IMG/VR virus record: IMGVR_UViG_3300009130_000002
Length of the DNA stretch: 64,000 nucleotides
Reading direction: 5' to 3' (one strand)
Source: a virus
How positions within the stretch are numbered: position 1 is the stretch's first letter; the number at the start of each line of letters is the position of its first letter. Shown here in pieces: positions 17,801 through 27,700 of this stretch. The position numbers and the translations under genes were made by a program. The notes under the pieces are model-generated. The model was not told where the DNA came from and ran no database searches. It worked only from the letters and a program-made list of their open reading frames with translations.

Positions 17801-20007
17801 CAAATTTACAAATAAAAGGGAAGCAAAGACTTCATTACGTAAATATAGATCAAGATGATCTTATGGATGATACAGCAGATGTTTATATACAACATTATGC
17901 AGATGGAAACGATGCAGATACTACCTGTTTATTGCAGTTTGATTCTCCAGATTCAAACGGAAGAGTAGATTCAATAGCTGTAGGTGGAGATGCGAATGGA
18001 GGAATGAGCCCTTCTAGTGCTGGTGATTCTGGAGCAGATACAAACTTTAAAATGTTTGGTGCTAGTTCCTGGAGAAGTGGGCCACATGACTCAAATGGAG
18101 ACCCAGAAGTTGGAACCACTGATTGGGGAAATTCAAATCATTCCCCAGGAGGAACAAGCTACAGTCCGGGTAATGACTTAAGAATACACTGGGATGCATG
18201 GACTACTGACTTTTGGATTATGCCGACAACTAGTTATGCTCATGGAAGCAATGGTGTTTGGTCAGGAAATGCTCCGCAAGCAGGAGATTATTTTGGGCCA
18301 CACTCACAGGTATTCAAGGCTGGAACAGTCGGTGATAGTGGAAGATCTTGGGGATTTTATGTTGATCAACGCAATGGTAATAATCCAAATTTATCAGAAA
18401 TAAACATGTATGTGGTAGTTGAAGATTGGGCTACAGTAACAAATTCTTATAGATATGCTGGAAAACTGTCAGTAAAAGAGTGGACGCATATAGCGATCAT
18501 GAAGAAAAATAGCAACCTGTATGTTTTTAAAAATGGGTTTCCTATTTATTTTTCAGACAGCGTTAATTGGTGGACTACCAGTAATTATCATTTTGCAAAA
18601 TTTGCAGCAGCTGATGTGGTTCAAGATTTTTGTGGTTATCTTGATGAATTCAGACACTCTAAAGTAGCAAGATATGATGAGACTGCTGGATTCGTTCCAA
18701 GAGATAGTCGTTATGGAGCAAGAGATACACAATTAATAGTAGAAGATAAAAGTGGATATAAAACAGATGTTATGCAATCAGATCCACATTCAATTTACAC
18801 TACAGATATAATCCATGGGAACTACCTCATTAAAGGACAGGGGGAGTCCTCAAAAAGGATGGTAGAGTCTGCAATTTATGAGACAGGCGATTCCTTGTAT
18901 ATTCCTTCAGGCAGTCTTGTTACTGGAAACTGGAATGCATATACCAATGGCTGGACTCCTCAACGTTCATTTATTTCTACAACGACAGGGGTAAGCAGCC
19001 ATACTCATTCCTTAGTATATGGGGACCAGTCTTACGATGCTGGAGGATATGATAGGCAAGATAGTCTTGCCCCAAATAAACATAACTCCTGGAAACTCCA
19101 TAATAAAAACACAAGTATAAGGTCTAAGTTTGGAACCATGGGAGTGGTTACAGCATTTAGCGGAGTATACGGAAGCTATTCCCCTCCTGGGTTTTCAATT
19201 TACGATGGATGTATAGAATTCTGGATCAGATCGAATAATACAGATACTGGTACTGGTGAGTTTATGAGGTTTAGCGGAGACTCGTCACCTTATCTAAGCT
19301 GTTCTCTCAGTTTTTCCAATGGAGAAGGTAGTTTTTCTTTTTCTGGAAACAATAGTGGTCATGGACATAGCCATGAAGCATATCCAGCAGATCAAAGTAA
19401 TTTAAAATATGCAGCTGATGGAGAATGGCATCATTTTGCATGGGTAAGAAACGGAACCTTTAGTGGATTCTTTATAGATGGGGCTCTTAAGGCCTCAACA
19501 ACAATGAGTAATAACTATGATATTAAAGATGGCTACTATTGGAACAGGTGGAATGAAGACACTGCAGGGAGACAAAAGATTGGCTGGACTGATCCTTTGG
19601 TTTCGCAGACATACCTTTGTGACCTAGAGATAACAATTGGTCATTCAAAATATGGGACTACAAATTTCACACCTCCGTTAGAAAGAAATCAGGAAACTTT
19701 GATTTATACAAGTAGTTTAGGTTCAATAACAAACGTTTCAACAGTAAGCAGAGCTTTTGAATCTGGAGATATTCCAACTGTTTCAAGTATCAATAATGGG
19801 GCCAATATGCCTACAGGAAGTTTGGTGGCTTGGGCTGGAAGTTCAGCACCTACTGGTTGGCTTTCTACAGATGGATCTGACATCAGCAGAACAACTTATG
19901 CTGGTTTATTTTCAGTAATTGGAACAACCTATGGAGCAGGGGATGGTTCCACAACATTTGGGCTTCCAAACTTCAATAGCCCCGCTCCTTGGATAATTAA
20001 AACATAG
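11875..20007 (+). CDS. Giant tail fibre/adhesin (2710 aa) with LamG/ConA-like domains and a C-terminal tail-collar domain
   Basis: LamG signatures (FDLDFW...WYHVVFQR...GYMDEFR; WTHIAIMK...GYLDEFRHSKVARY). Collar MPTGSLVAWAGSSAPTGWL...TTYAGLFSVIGTTYGAGDGSTTFGLPN. HDDNPHGVTH fibre motif. Confidence 0.85.
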   Translation: MAINQNEIVDLLYKKLAYGVAKTNTELERSPTEENIPSPVSSFGNYIWISASSIPATPPASSNVIVERYQRVDDPTTHIELTRNTEVSNNRSWMAKDGNNDALRNWIPPVFGSGYSIKVWAGNPLTGGTRLYPKGSGNNDEFYFDYDSGTLNFIGNTVPVDAFTKIYIEGYRYTGSTDIGSFVADSLGDLLDVNLSGTIDIGQTIVWDGNEWINSMPPGGSDSNFLIVGPQAGEALLYDHTDSKFKNQYLNIENLGNVGDLSLHAGEFLKVNDTADGVDFALFSSLFTAGNKIDLSGSQIGHEPAMSPVDFAPGATITAQDWVGTETLHGQRYAASLQLKLLKDIEMDAEGHVLARVWTDITGELYNYVDKDEWQERWDRHVNVTTMSHSIWDVEEITGIDPQLRNGLTNQQLLIRNRITGDSGATEDVLQAIDHNGLLVIADHIPDPLDPPAHPTQKITEVHATHLLDIDLEVSNPPVAGDVLALQDVDGQGQLRWGYAALGEDQGESNSGISLTGNFANSFDIFVDKPDGSTDLRFRGIKFVDGGGAAITTDNHTWDDGTDPNAPFPLTVGLIKEDTDLPNVDTTLEIGFDPSKIRIYNLSDQMSPGDIGYPTEVLQSWRDDDPQGSRPGSGGGVPSTFAMQYADGWYSWDDTTGTNITDKPNTLSPDMWGAIQGGGGQDNTTHRSRRLRTSASPSWQQFSTPPQSLQQQIDDKLQLKYFIDHMTLGGKVDLYQDPSFGGYFSNTGHYGTPTDVTTSEGLTNPIFAGNGWAHEAKGIIFDASDLKHFEETGTWGASFRADTSEAAHLAGGYGNVDNDWYNDGIAEWSMAPFPDHFHTTRSVIKRHILTHDDNPHGVTHVHVKSDEAHWNANALSDAPLNISNPELGQILKFNPNANNGAGEWYNAGGEAYAGESNIGENHIPLDGNGDPITTGVGYFYKEKNHSAFALVFKGINSSSNLLTVTDSAEVVTLGFDETAIRFLDLDLTDANGATVWPPSLNTNTDVNTDTKATGQVLGWDGAVWSAVDAISNIDLANIQDNQYLTSSITGGVISWVGSDYTKANYLAGSDGAGGAESKEVTVDYSTIQDNEVLAYNAASSSWKAIGLGSVGQANELDSYAGTAPDPQNGIAGDPAVPLAAEGTHNKDGVTLYVKGVKDTDTIVVDTARSGSQYIAFKVNPVEVKLEDLGGSLAPAQIDTGGQPAITAGDLGALSGAAGGTGTLGSKIGNLETETARIDQEKAGQDELDTLSNAEDPVTGEKTAQAAYDKAAPEYTTGSAENGNLETVEVDEDLKMQPYEVGNTIPIWNANKLLNAPIDPSLAGTTDIVNADGDVIGKEYTSNLTLLQEGKYLKWDGTKWGLGGGGEIVEGEHGQFGFFWASNPLQSTATNIIKPTGGAFNFYEGNASIGEESKIGIHTSAPPEALSIAGFSPCLAVQQISSTNYEPEELIGWGKLYARTAIGGISAESKIVLHFDGPHNANSFINDGIGEVYFLPMHDADGNGTLEYNNVKTVSDKYVYGDSSGFFPGGFGDYIAGNNSTDITIAMKPFDLDFWMMPLGDYPLDADGNPDTSQPRNDPSGKRYLVGQYAMSESRWHLSVDFDSATHDFEFFYRDYDSYNATFTDYTITLQNPLSHQLQDGTWYHVVFQRYQVDHNGVQKDMWELHIADGAGGTGQGAPAVSATGEGIPHQMVWERTEPPLLIQSVDGELIIGHANRKGDEGGTGLNLGFRGYMDEFRFQIGSFINWTSLSVFRTFLLPYDTGQSSLIFKDSGGSYDLLNAAGVVRKLLDQDGDTRVEVDFNDVNDNTIRFRANGNEVATITKDGLNFVGGGTIARLDDHLNTNNVNAVVSQRAIKQAIDNISTSSIVDSGGQTYVHTEQTLNDYTIRMVAQGNEQLAIDANGIDIKSQLKLSGVSPAEGDAIIVDANGDLTWGTVAVDGIAAGGEGSLTTYTTSGTELGPATGLSWNLNLVNPEQTNLQIKGKQRLHYVNIDQDDLMDDTADVYIQHYADGNDADTTCLLQFDSPDSNGRVDSIAVGGDANGGMSPSSAGDSGADTNFKMFGASSWRSGPHDSNGDPEVGTTDWGNSNHSPGGTSYSPGNDLRIHWDAWTTDFWIMPTTSYAHGSNGVWSGNAPQAGDYFGPHSQVFKAGTVGDSGRSWGFYVDQRNGNNPNLSEINMYVVVEDWATVTNSYRYAGKLSVKEWTHIAIMKKNSNLYVFKNGFPIYFSDSVNWWTTSNYHFAKFAAADVVQDFCGYLDEFRHSKVARYDETAGFVPRDSRYGARDTQLIVEDKSGYKTDVMQSDPHSIYTTDIIHGNYLIKGQGESSKRMVESAIYETGDSLYIPSGSLVTGNWNAYTNGWTPQRSFISTTTGVSSHTHSLVYGDQSYDAGGYDRQDSLAPNKHNSWKLHNKNTSIRSKFGTMGVVTAFSGVYGSYSPPGFSIYDGCIEFWIRSNNTDTGTGEFMRFSGDSSPYLSCSLSFSNGEGSFSFSGNNSGHGHSHEAYPADQSNLKYAADGEWHHFAWVRNGTFSGFFIDGALKASTTMSNNYDIKDGYYWNRWNEDTAGRQKIGWTDPLVSQTYLCDLEITIGHSKYGTTNFTPPLERNQETLIYTSSLGSITNVSTVSRAFESGDIPTVSSINNGANMPTGSLVAWAGSSAPTGWLSTDGSDISRTTYAGLFSVIGTTYGAGDGSTTFGLPNFNSPAPWIIKT

Positions 20008-20140
20008 CAGCAACTTTAAATTTACATTTTCTGTTATAAAATAAAATTAAGTATCTAAATGGGGGATAAATTCAACACAAGACTCTTGATTTTGTAGGTT
20101 TCTATGACAAAAAGCACTCAAGAGTTCTAAGGAAATTTCT

Positions 20141-21145
20141 ATGGCACTTACAGATGAAGAGCTTGCAAGAATTACAAGTATAGAGACAGCAGTAAATACG
20201 ATTCAGTCCTATGTGACTAATTTGGCAAGCAAAACAATCGTTAAACAGTTAAATTTACTCAGAGAAAAAAGCATTGAAGAATTAAATACACGTATAGACA
20301 ATTTAAATGGAGAATCTTCTGATGGTTTAACCATTGAAGACCTTAGCTTGTTTGCAACAAAAGAGCAGATGAAGCAACTTCTGCTTTTGAATCAAGAAAG
20401 CTTAACAAGAATTGAAAATCAAGCGAATGCAAGTTCTTATTTGAGAACTATGGAAGATGTTACAATCGAGGGAGACCCAGAAGAAGGACAAGTACTCTTA
20501 TTCGATAATGTTGACGGATGGACAAACCAGGATTTAGCCAACGCAGGATTCGCATTAGCAAATCATGGACACAGCCTAGAAAGCTTAAGCAATGTTAGTT
20601 CTGCAGGGGCACAGGCAGGATATATATTACAATATAATGCCACCAATAATACCTGGGTAGCTAGCGAAGCAAATATGGCAATGATTTTGGATGGTCCAGC
20701 AGGATCATTCGGTATCTATAACGATGACACTTCGACAATCATCCCCCTTACAGCATTAAATTGGGATGAATTAACTTCTGCACTTACAGTTGATGGAGAT
20801 TTATCTCTCAGTGGAAGCACAGAAATCAAGGGAAAAGTTATTGACAATATAGGGGTGGCTCCAACCACTCTAGATATTTTTAATATTTCTCAATATAGGA
20901 CGATCAAGTATCTAGTTGAAATTAAAGATAAAGACAACAGTAGTTATTTATCGCAAGAAATTCTCCTAGTTCATGACGATCAAAATGTTTACATAAGCGA
21001 ATATGGTGTTATATTTACATCAGAGGACAATTTTACCACGTTTACAGCGGAACTGGATACTAATGCGGGCACGATTGCGTTGCGTTGCCAGTGTACCGGT
21101 CCGAATAATGTGGCTAAAATAACTAGAATAGTTATGACTGCTTAA
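20141..21145 (+). CDS. Virion fibre-associated protein (334 aa)
   Basis: N-terminus resembles that of 7366. GQVLLFDNVDGWTN fibre repeats. C-terminal RTIKYLVEI...EILLVHD...YISEYG domain shared with the next two genes. Confidence 0.75.
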   Translation: MALTDEELARITSIETAVNTIQSYVTNLASKTIVKQLNLLREKSIEELNTRIDNLNGESSDGLTIEDLSLFATKEQMKQLLLLNQESLTRIENQANASSYLRTMEDVTIEGDPEEGQVLLFDNVDGWTNQDLANAGFALANHGHSLESLSNVSSAGAQAGYILQYNATNNTWVASEANMAMILDGPAGSFGIYNDDTSTIIPLTALNWDELTSALTVDGDLSLSGSTEIKGKVIDNIGVAPTTLDIFNISQYRTIKYLVEIKDKDNSSYLSQEILLVHDDQNVYISEYGVIFTSEDNFTTFTAELDTNAGTIALRCQCTGPNNVAKITRIVMTA

Positions 21146-21168
21146 TTTTTTGGAGGTATATATACAAA

Positions 21169-24100
21169 ATGGCAAACAAACAATTTATTGTAAAACACGG
21201 TATGGATGTCAAAAGAACCGATGGGACTTCGTCACTTAGTATCGCAGCTGATACTGGTGCGTTGACTATGGGTCAGGCATTAAATACAACAAGCACAATA
21301 GAATCGGGAGCAAAACTTACAGTTGCTGCTGGTGGTGCAGACATCAACGGAATGTTAGATGCAAAAGGTGGCTTAAATGTCACTGGTGGTGACGTAGTCG
21401 TTACCGGAAACTTAACTGTAAATGGAACAACCACTACAGTTAATTCAAACACGGTTACTATTGACGATCCGGTTTTCACCCTTGGTGGAGACGCGGCTCC
21501 GAACTCAGTATCCACAAAAGATCGTGGAATTGAATTCCGCTGGCATGATGGTTCAAACCCTAAAATGGGTTTCATGGGTCGTAGTAATGCAAGTGGAAAA
21601 TTTCTCTTCATTTCGGATGCTTCTATTAGCAATGATACCTACAGTGGTACTGCAGCAACTCTTGTTGGTGCATTAGAAGGTAATGCTGATACAGCAACCA
21701 ACTTTAACAGTGATCGTACTTTAACGATTACTGCTGATGATATCAATGGAACTAGCAGCACAAGTGCTACTGGCAATCACAGTGTTTCACTAACAATTGG
21801 TGCAAACAAGGTAACTTTCGCTAAGTTCCAAACTCTTTCCGACTTAAAAGTAGTTGGTAATGTTTCAGGTGCTACTGCTAATGCAGCAGAAATTAGCATT
21901 GATACAGACATGGCTGGCGGCGTTTCTGGAAGTCACGATTCTTTAGCTTCTGCTAAAACAATCAAAGAGTATGTTGATGCGCAACTTTCATCTGCTAACT
22001 CTATTGCAGAGATGACTGATACTGACATTTCAGGTATCGATCAGGCTCATGTTTTAGTTTATGACAAAGATGATGATGAGTGGCAGAACCAAGTTTTAAC
22101 TGGCGACGTTACTATGACCAAAGACGGTGTAACCGCAATCGGTGCACAAAAAGTTACTGATGCAATGATTCAGAACGGTGGTCTTGCTAACGCAAGTCTT
22201 ACTAATTCAACTGTTGCTTTTGGTGGCGTTTCTCTTGCACTTGGTGCAGCGGATACAACCCCAGCATTCAACTTAGAAGATGCAACTGGTTATCCTACTA
22301 GCTCTCTCGTTGGTACTATTACTAACGCACAGTTAGCAGGCTCAATTGCAAATGATAAATTAGCTGGCTCTATCGCTAACGATAAGCTTGCTAATTCAAC
22401 CGTTGCTTTCGGTGGTGTTTCATTGGCCCTCGGTGGGACTGATGCAACACCTGCATTCAATCTTTCAGATGCGACAGCATATCCAACAAGCTCACTTGTC
22501 GGTACAATTACCAATAATCAGCTTGCTGGTTCAATCGCTTCAACTAAGATTGCAGAACTTAACAACTTTTCTACTGATGACTTAGCAGAAATAGCTGGAA
22601 CAGAGGCTGAGAAACTTGCTTCTGGCAAAGCCTATTTCAGTGTAGCTCGTGGAAGAGCAGCTATCCCTGCTCCTACAGTAACTAACCCAGATTCAATGGG
22701 TAACTTTGAATATAATAGCACATCAGGTGTAATGACTTACACTGCCCCAACCAATGCAGAAACTGTAGCGCAATTTGACGCTTCAGCAGATGATGGTTTC
22801 AACCTTAGCAATGCTGGTGTAATCACTCTTGATCAAAGTATCAAGACTGGTGCTACTCCTACTTTTGCTGGCTTAACTATTACTGGTAATTTAGTTACTA
22901 ACGGAACTACCACTACTGTTAATGCCACTCAAATGGATATCCAAGATCCAGTTATGCGTCTTGCATCTAACAACGGTGCAGATAGTCGTGACATTGGTCT
23001 TGTTGGTAAGTACAATGATGGAGCTGACAAGCATACCGCTCTTTTCCGTGACGCAAGTGATGGAAAGTGGAAGCTTATCACCGAATCTACCCAAGCAGAT
23101 ATTTCTACAGCGAATGAAATCGTTGCTGCAAATGGAACTAAGGGTACACTTGTTGCTAACCTCGAAGGTAATGTCGTTGGTGACGTTACTGGTGATGTTA
23201 CCGGTAATGCAGATACTGCAACCGCTCTTGCAGCTACTAGAACTTTTGCTATCACTGGCGGCGGCATTACTGCTGCAGCTCAGGACTTCAATGGTTCACA
23301 AAACGTAAGCCTCAGTGCTTCAATTGACGCAAATGCAGTTACTCTTGCTAAGATGGCTCAGCTTGCTGACATGAAAGTTATCGGTAACGTTTCTGGCGGT
23401 ACCGCTGATCCAGCTGCTGTAAGCATTCTTGATGAAGATGATCTATCTTCTGATTCTGCTACTGCTCTTGCTACACAGCAAAGCATTAAAGCATATGTTG
23501 ACAGTGAAATCACTGCTGCTGGTTCTATGGCAGCTCTTTCTGACACAACTGTTGCAGCTGCAGCTGATGCACACATCATGGTTTATGACAATGCCACTAG
23601 CAAGTGGGAAAATCAGGTCATGGCTGGCGATGTAACCATGAGCAAAGATGGTGCAACTACTATTGGTGCTACTAAAGTAACCAATGCAATGTTAGCTGGT
23701 TCAATTGAGAATGGAAAACTCCAGAACTCAACTGTAGCTTTTGGTGGAGTAAGTCTTTCCCTCGGTGGAACTGATACAACTCCAGCATTTGATCTTCAGG
23801 ATGCAACCAATCTTCCAACTACTTCTCTTACTGGTACTATTACCAATGCGCAGTTAGCTGGAAGCATTTCAAATGACAAACTAGCAGGAAGCATCGCAAA
23901 CGATAAGTTAGCGAACAGCACTGTTGCCTTTGGTGGCGTATCTCTTTCCTTAGGTGGTAGCGATACTTCTCCAGCATTTGATCTTTCTGATGCAACTGAT
24001 TACCCAACAAGTTCTCTTGTAGGAACAATCACAAATGCACAATTAGCGGGTTCAATTGCTAATGACAAGCTAGCTAATAGCACTGTTTCTGGTAAGGCTC

Positions 24101-24627
24101 TTGGTACTAACCTTGACGCACTTACTTCAGCAAGTAATGCATTAACTATGTCTGGCGACTACAACGGTAGTGCAGCTAGAACAGTAACTCTGTCTCTTCA
24201 TGACAATGATGCTCTTGAAGTTGGCGCAAGCGGTCTTGATCTTAAGGACACTATCGCAGGTGCTCGTACTTTCAGTGAACAAGTTACTGCTAGTGCAGGT
24301 GTTGACATGGGTCAAGCTGCAATGGCAACTGCTACATATACAGCTTCAGATGCAAATGCAGGAACTGCAGATTCATTTGCAAAAGGAACTTTCCGTTCAG
24401 CCAAGTATGTTGTTCAGGTAACCAGTGGAACTGATTACCAGTGCAGTGAATTACTTGTAATTCATGACGGTGTAACTGCAAGCGTTGCAGAATACGGTCT
24501 TATGCATACAAGTGCAAGCGCACTTATGACTTTCGATGTAGACATCGATGGTGCTGATGTAAGACTAAGAGCAACTGGTTCTGCTAACGATGTCGTTAAG
24601 CTAACTAGAAGCTGCATTAAGCTTTAA
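21169..24627 (+). CDS. Long repetitive tail fibre (1152 aa)
   Basis: GNLTVNGTTTTVN motifs and NAQLAGSIANDKL repeats. C-terminal RSAKYVVQV...SELLVIHDG...EYG domain. SD GGAGG. Confidence 0.85.
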   Translation: MANKQFIVKHGMDVKRTDGTSSLSIAADTGALTMGQALNTTSTIESGAKLTVAAGGADINGMLDAKGGLNVTGGDVVVTGNLTVNGTTTTVNSNTVTIDDPVFTLGGDAAPNSVSTKDRGIEFRWHDGSNPKMGFMGRSNASGKFLFISDASISNDTYSGTAATLVGALEGNADTATNFNSDRTLTITADDINGTSSTSATGNHSVSLTIGANKVTFAKFQTLSDLKVVGNVSGATANAAEISIDTDMAGGVSGSHDSLASAKTIKEYVDAQLSSANSIAEMTDTDISGIDQAHVLVYDKDDDEWQNQVLTGDVTMTKDGVTAIGAQKVTDAMIQNGGLANASLTNSTVAFGGVSLALGAADTTPAFNLEDATGYPTSSLVGTITNAQLAGSIANDKLAGSIANDKLANSTVAFGGVSLALGGTDATPAFNLSDATAYPTSSLVGTITNNQLAGSIASTKIAELNNFSTDDLAEIAGTEAEKLASGKAYFSVARGRAAIPAPTVTNPDSMGNFEYNSTSGVMTYTAPTNAETVAQFDASADDGFNLSNAGVITLDQSIKTGATPTFAGLTITGNLVTNGTTTTVNATQMDIQDPVMRLASNNGADSRDIGLVGKYNDGADKHTALFRDASDGKWKLITESTQADISTANEIVAANGTKGTLVANLEGNVVGDVTGDVTGNADTATALAATRTFAITGGGITAAAQDFNGSQNVSLSASIDANAVTLAKMAQLADMKVIGNVSGGTADPAAVSILDEDDLSSDSATALATQQSIKAYVDSEITAAGSMAALSDTTVAAAADAHIMVYDNATSKWENQVMAGDVTMSKDGATTIGATKVTNAMLAGSIENGKLQNSTVAFGGVSLSLGGTDTTPAFDLQDATNLPTTSLTGTITNAQLAGSISNDKLAGSIANDKLANSTVAFGGVSLSLGGSDTSPAFDLSDATDYPTSSLVGTITNAQLAGSIANDKLANSTVSGKALGTNLDALTSASNALTMSGDYNGSAARTVTLSLHDNDALEVGASGLDLKDTIAGARTFSEQVTASAGVDMGQAAMATATYTASDANAGTADSFAKGTFRSAKYVVQVTSGTDYQCSELLVIHDGVTASVAEYGLMHTSASALMTFDVDIDGADVRLRATGSANDVVKLTRSCIKL
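21406..24090 (+). repeat. Internal tandem super-repeat (period about 493 codons) containing four NSTVAFGGVSL...TPAF.L.DAT..PTSSL.GTITN.QLAGSI sub-repeats
   Basis: GNLTVNGTTTTVN at 21406 and GNLVTNGTTTTVN at 22885 (1479 nt apart); the downstream motif order is the same in both copies. Confidence 0.85.
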
Positions 24628-24645
24628 TAATACTATAGGTTTAGC

Positions 24646-24685
24646 CTCCCTCCGGTTTAATCCGGGGGGAGCCTTTTCCTTTTTT
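24646..24685 (+). terminator. Rho-independent terminator
   Basis: CTCCCTCCGG / CCGGGGGGAG 10-bp stem (one G-U pair), 6-nt loop, then a T-rich tract, just after the 24627 stop. Confidence 0.8.
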
Positions 24686-24736
24686 AATTTTTGGAATTTG
24701 GTTAATATAAAAAAATCAGTGGAGGATATTTAAAAC

Positions 24737-27700
24737 ATGGCAACTGTACCATTTAAACTAAGACAAGGATTGCGAGCACATGGCGATAATTTAGTCGTCA
24801 CCGATGTGGGTGTCGCAATCAACAAAGACAATCCAACCGTAGCACTCGACGTGGATGGATCAATTAAGAGTAATGAATTACAATTACAATCGAACTTTTT
24901 AATAGCATCGGCTTCAACACAAGTGGGAACAAGCCTTGAAACTGTGGATAGCTTCCCTAAAGATGATTTCCATGCTGTTAAGTATGTTATCGGGGTTGAC
25001 ACAAATGATGGGACTGAAAGACAAATCGCTGAAGTTCTTCTTGTTGTAGATTCTGATAACGATGATGCATACATCTCAACTTATGGTGTACTTTATAGTG
25101 GCGCGAGTGCAATTGCCACTTTCACCAGTGATGTAAATGCAGGAAACGCAAGATTACTAGCGACGTGCACAAGTGCAAACTGCACAGTCAAAGTACAGAA
25201 AATAGCCACATACACTGGGACAGGCAGCGCAGCCTCTCCAAGTGAAATAACCTTTAATCTTACTGATTTAAATGGGGTTACAGTTAGTAACGCTCAAGCT
25301 AACCAGGTTCTTCAATACGTTGGCGGGGAATGGACAAACCAGACCTTAAACGTTTCAAGTACTTTTGCAGGCTTAACTGATGGTCCTGGTGCTTTGAATG
25401 CAAATCAATGGATTAAGGTAAATACGGCAGGAAATGCTCTAGAATATACAGCAGCTCCAGCGGCAGCAGGTCACAATCACGATGCTGATTACGTATCTGC
25501 TACAGCTTCAGTTCTTGCTCATACTTCAAATATTGATTTCAATGTTAACTCAACAAAGTTGGGTGCATTTAAGAGTCATCAATATACAGGGGCAGATATT
25601 GTAAGTGGTGGCGTAACAGTTATCCAACAAAATCAAACATTTACAGGCTTAATGCCTGGTGCACACCACACTCATAGTCTGGGTGCAGTTGATAACTCTT
25701 GGGATTATGTATTCGCTAGAGAAATGTACATTACTTCTGGAAACTCTCTCTATATTGATGGAAAGAAGTTTCTCCAGAGTGATGCAGAAACAATCAACAT
25801 CTCTGCAGATACAGATCAGAACATTACAATCCAAACTTCTGGAGATGGAAATGTTGAACTAGATCCTGTTGGAGCTGGTTCTATTAACATGAAGGGCAAC
25901 ATTGTTATGACTGCCGCGAAGACTATTTCTTCGGCTTCTGGAAATATAACCTTCAACTCTCCTATTGATATGGATAGTCGTAAGATTGTTAACGTAACAA
26001 CTCCAACTGCTGCAGGTGATGCAGCTAACAAGGGATACGTAGATGGCGAAATCACTGCCTTAATTGGTGGTGCTCCTGGTGCTCTTGACACTCTTAATGA
26101 GTTAGCAGCAGCGCTTGATGATGATGCAAGCTATGCAACAACTATTACTAACGCATTAGCAGGGAAATCAGATACAAATCACACACACACTTTAGCTAGC
26201 TTAAGTGACACTTCTATTGGAACCCCAAATAATGGACAAGTTCTAACTTATGACACTACTTCAGGTAGTTGGGAACCAGCAGAACCACAAACTGGAACCA
26301 TGGGTGGAGCAATGACTGCTCACATCATTCCAGATACAAATGCAGCCTACGATTTAGGTAATGCAGAATACAAAATTAGACACTTATTCTTATCTGACAA
26401 CTCTCTCTGGGTAGGTGATCAACATAAGATCTCTATTTCTAGTGGGAATATGAAGTTCAGAAAGAGAAAAATGACTACTCCTGAAGCAGTAATTTCTGCA
26501 GGTGGTAACGAAGCAGCAGCTCTCGCACATGGTGGAGTAGCTTCTGTAAATGATATGACAATTGCTAAGTGGTTTGCTTATTATAAAACACTTGATGGTC
26601 AGTCTGGAGCAAGAATCAACGATATCTTTAGAGATAACGCAGCTGACTGGGACAAGGATGATGAAGCAGGTAGCGTAGCAAGTTCTAACTTAACTGATCT
26701 TAAAGACGTAGCTTCTGCAGGAGCAGAAGACGGACAAGTTCTTAAGTGGAGCGGATCTTCTAGTGCATGGGTTGCAGGCAACTCTGGTGGAACAGCTAAA
26801 GTAGATTCAGATACTGAACTATATGTTTCACCATTAAGCACAGATAGTGTTATTGCAGATAAATCTGGCAATGGAATGACTGTAGGGTCATCCGGTAGCC
26901 CAGCAATTAGCTCTGCACAGACACACTTTCCGAATACGAATCCGGTATATTTTGACGGAACGGATGATAACTTAACCTTCACAACAGAGGCATCACTACA
27001 TAGTTCAAACTTTACATTTGAATGTTGGATTTATACAGACTTAAGTCAAGGTGGCCGCCTTTATAGTGTAGGTAATGATCACAGTCCTGGTTATCGTACT
27101 TGGATTTCATTTGATACAGCTGGGGTAGTATACGCAGCTGGTTACACGCACCCAAATGGTGGTGGTATCAAAACTTCAGCTGGAGCATTAACCGCTAATA
27201 CTTGGACTCATGTCGCAGTAGTAAGAAACAGCGGTAGCGACTACATTTACATAAATGGTACTGGACATAACACAGCATATGATTTTGGTTATGGTGCTGG
27301 TGGTTCAATCATGACTCAGCCTAGTGATACAGGCTATAGATTGATTGGTTGTGGACAATCTGGACACACTGGAGCGAAAAACAGCTTCTTCAAAGGCTAT
27401 ATGGATGAATTACAAATCTCCAAGATAGTAAGATATACTGCAAACTTTACAGCCCCTACTTATAGAGGTGATGCAACAAGCACATTTGTTCCTTCTACTC
27501 TTAATGATCTTTCAGGTGTAAGCACTACTGGTGTTACTTCTGGACAAGTTCTTAAGTACAATGGATCTAGTTGGGCCGCAGCAGATGATGCTGCAGGCAG
27601 TGCAGCTGTATTCAGTACAAATGGAACAAATGCATATTATAATGCAGGAACAGTATCCTTTGGAAGCACTACTGCTGACCACAGTTCAAACTTTTATTCA

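Noticed and set aside
24628-24736. tRNA or structured ncRNA in the intergenic gaps
   Set aside because: The only strong hairpin here is a terminator; no cloverleaf, T-loop or anticodon-arm signatures were seen in any gap of the window.
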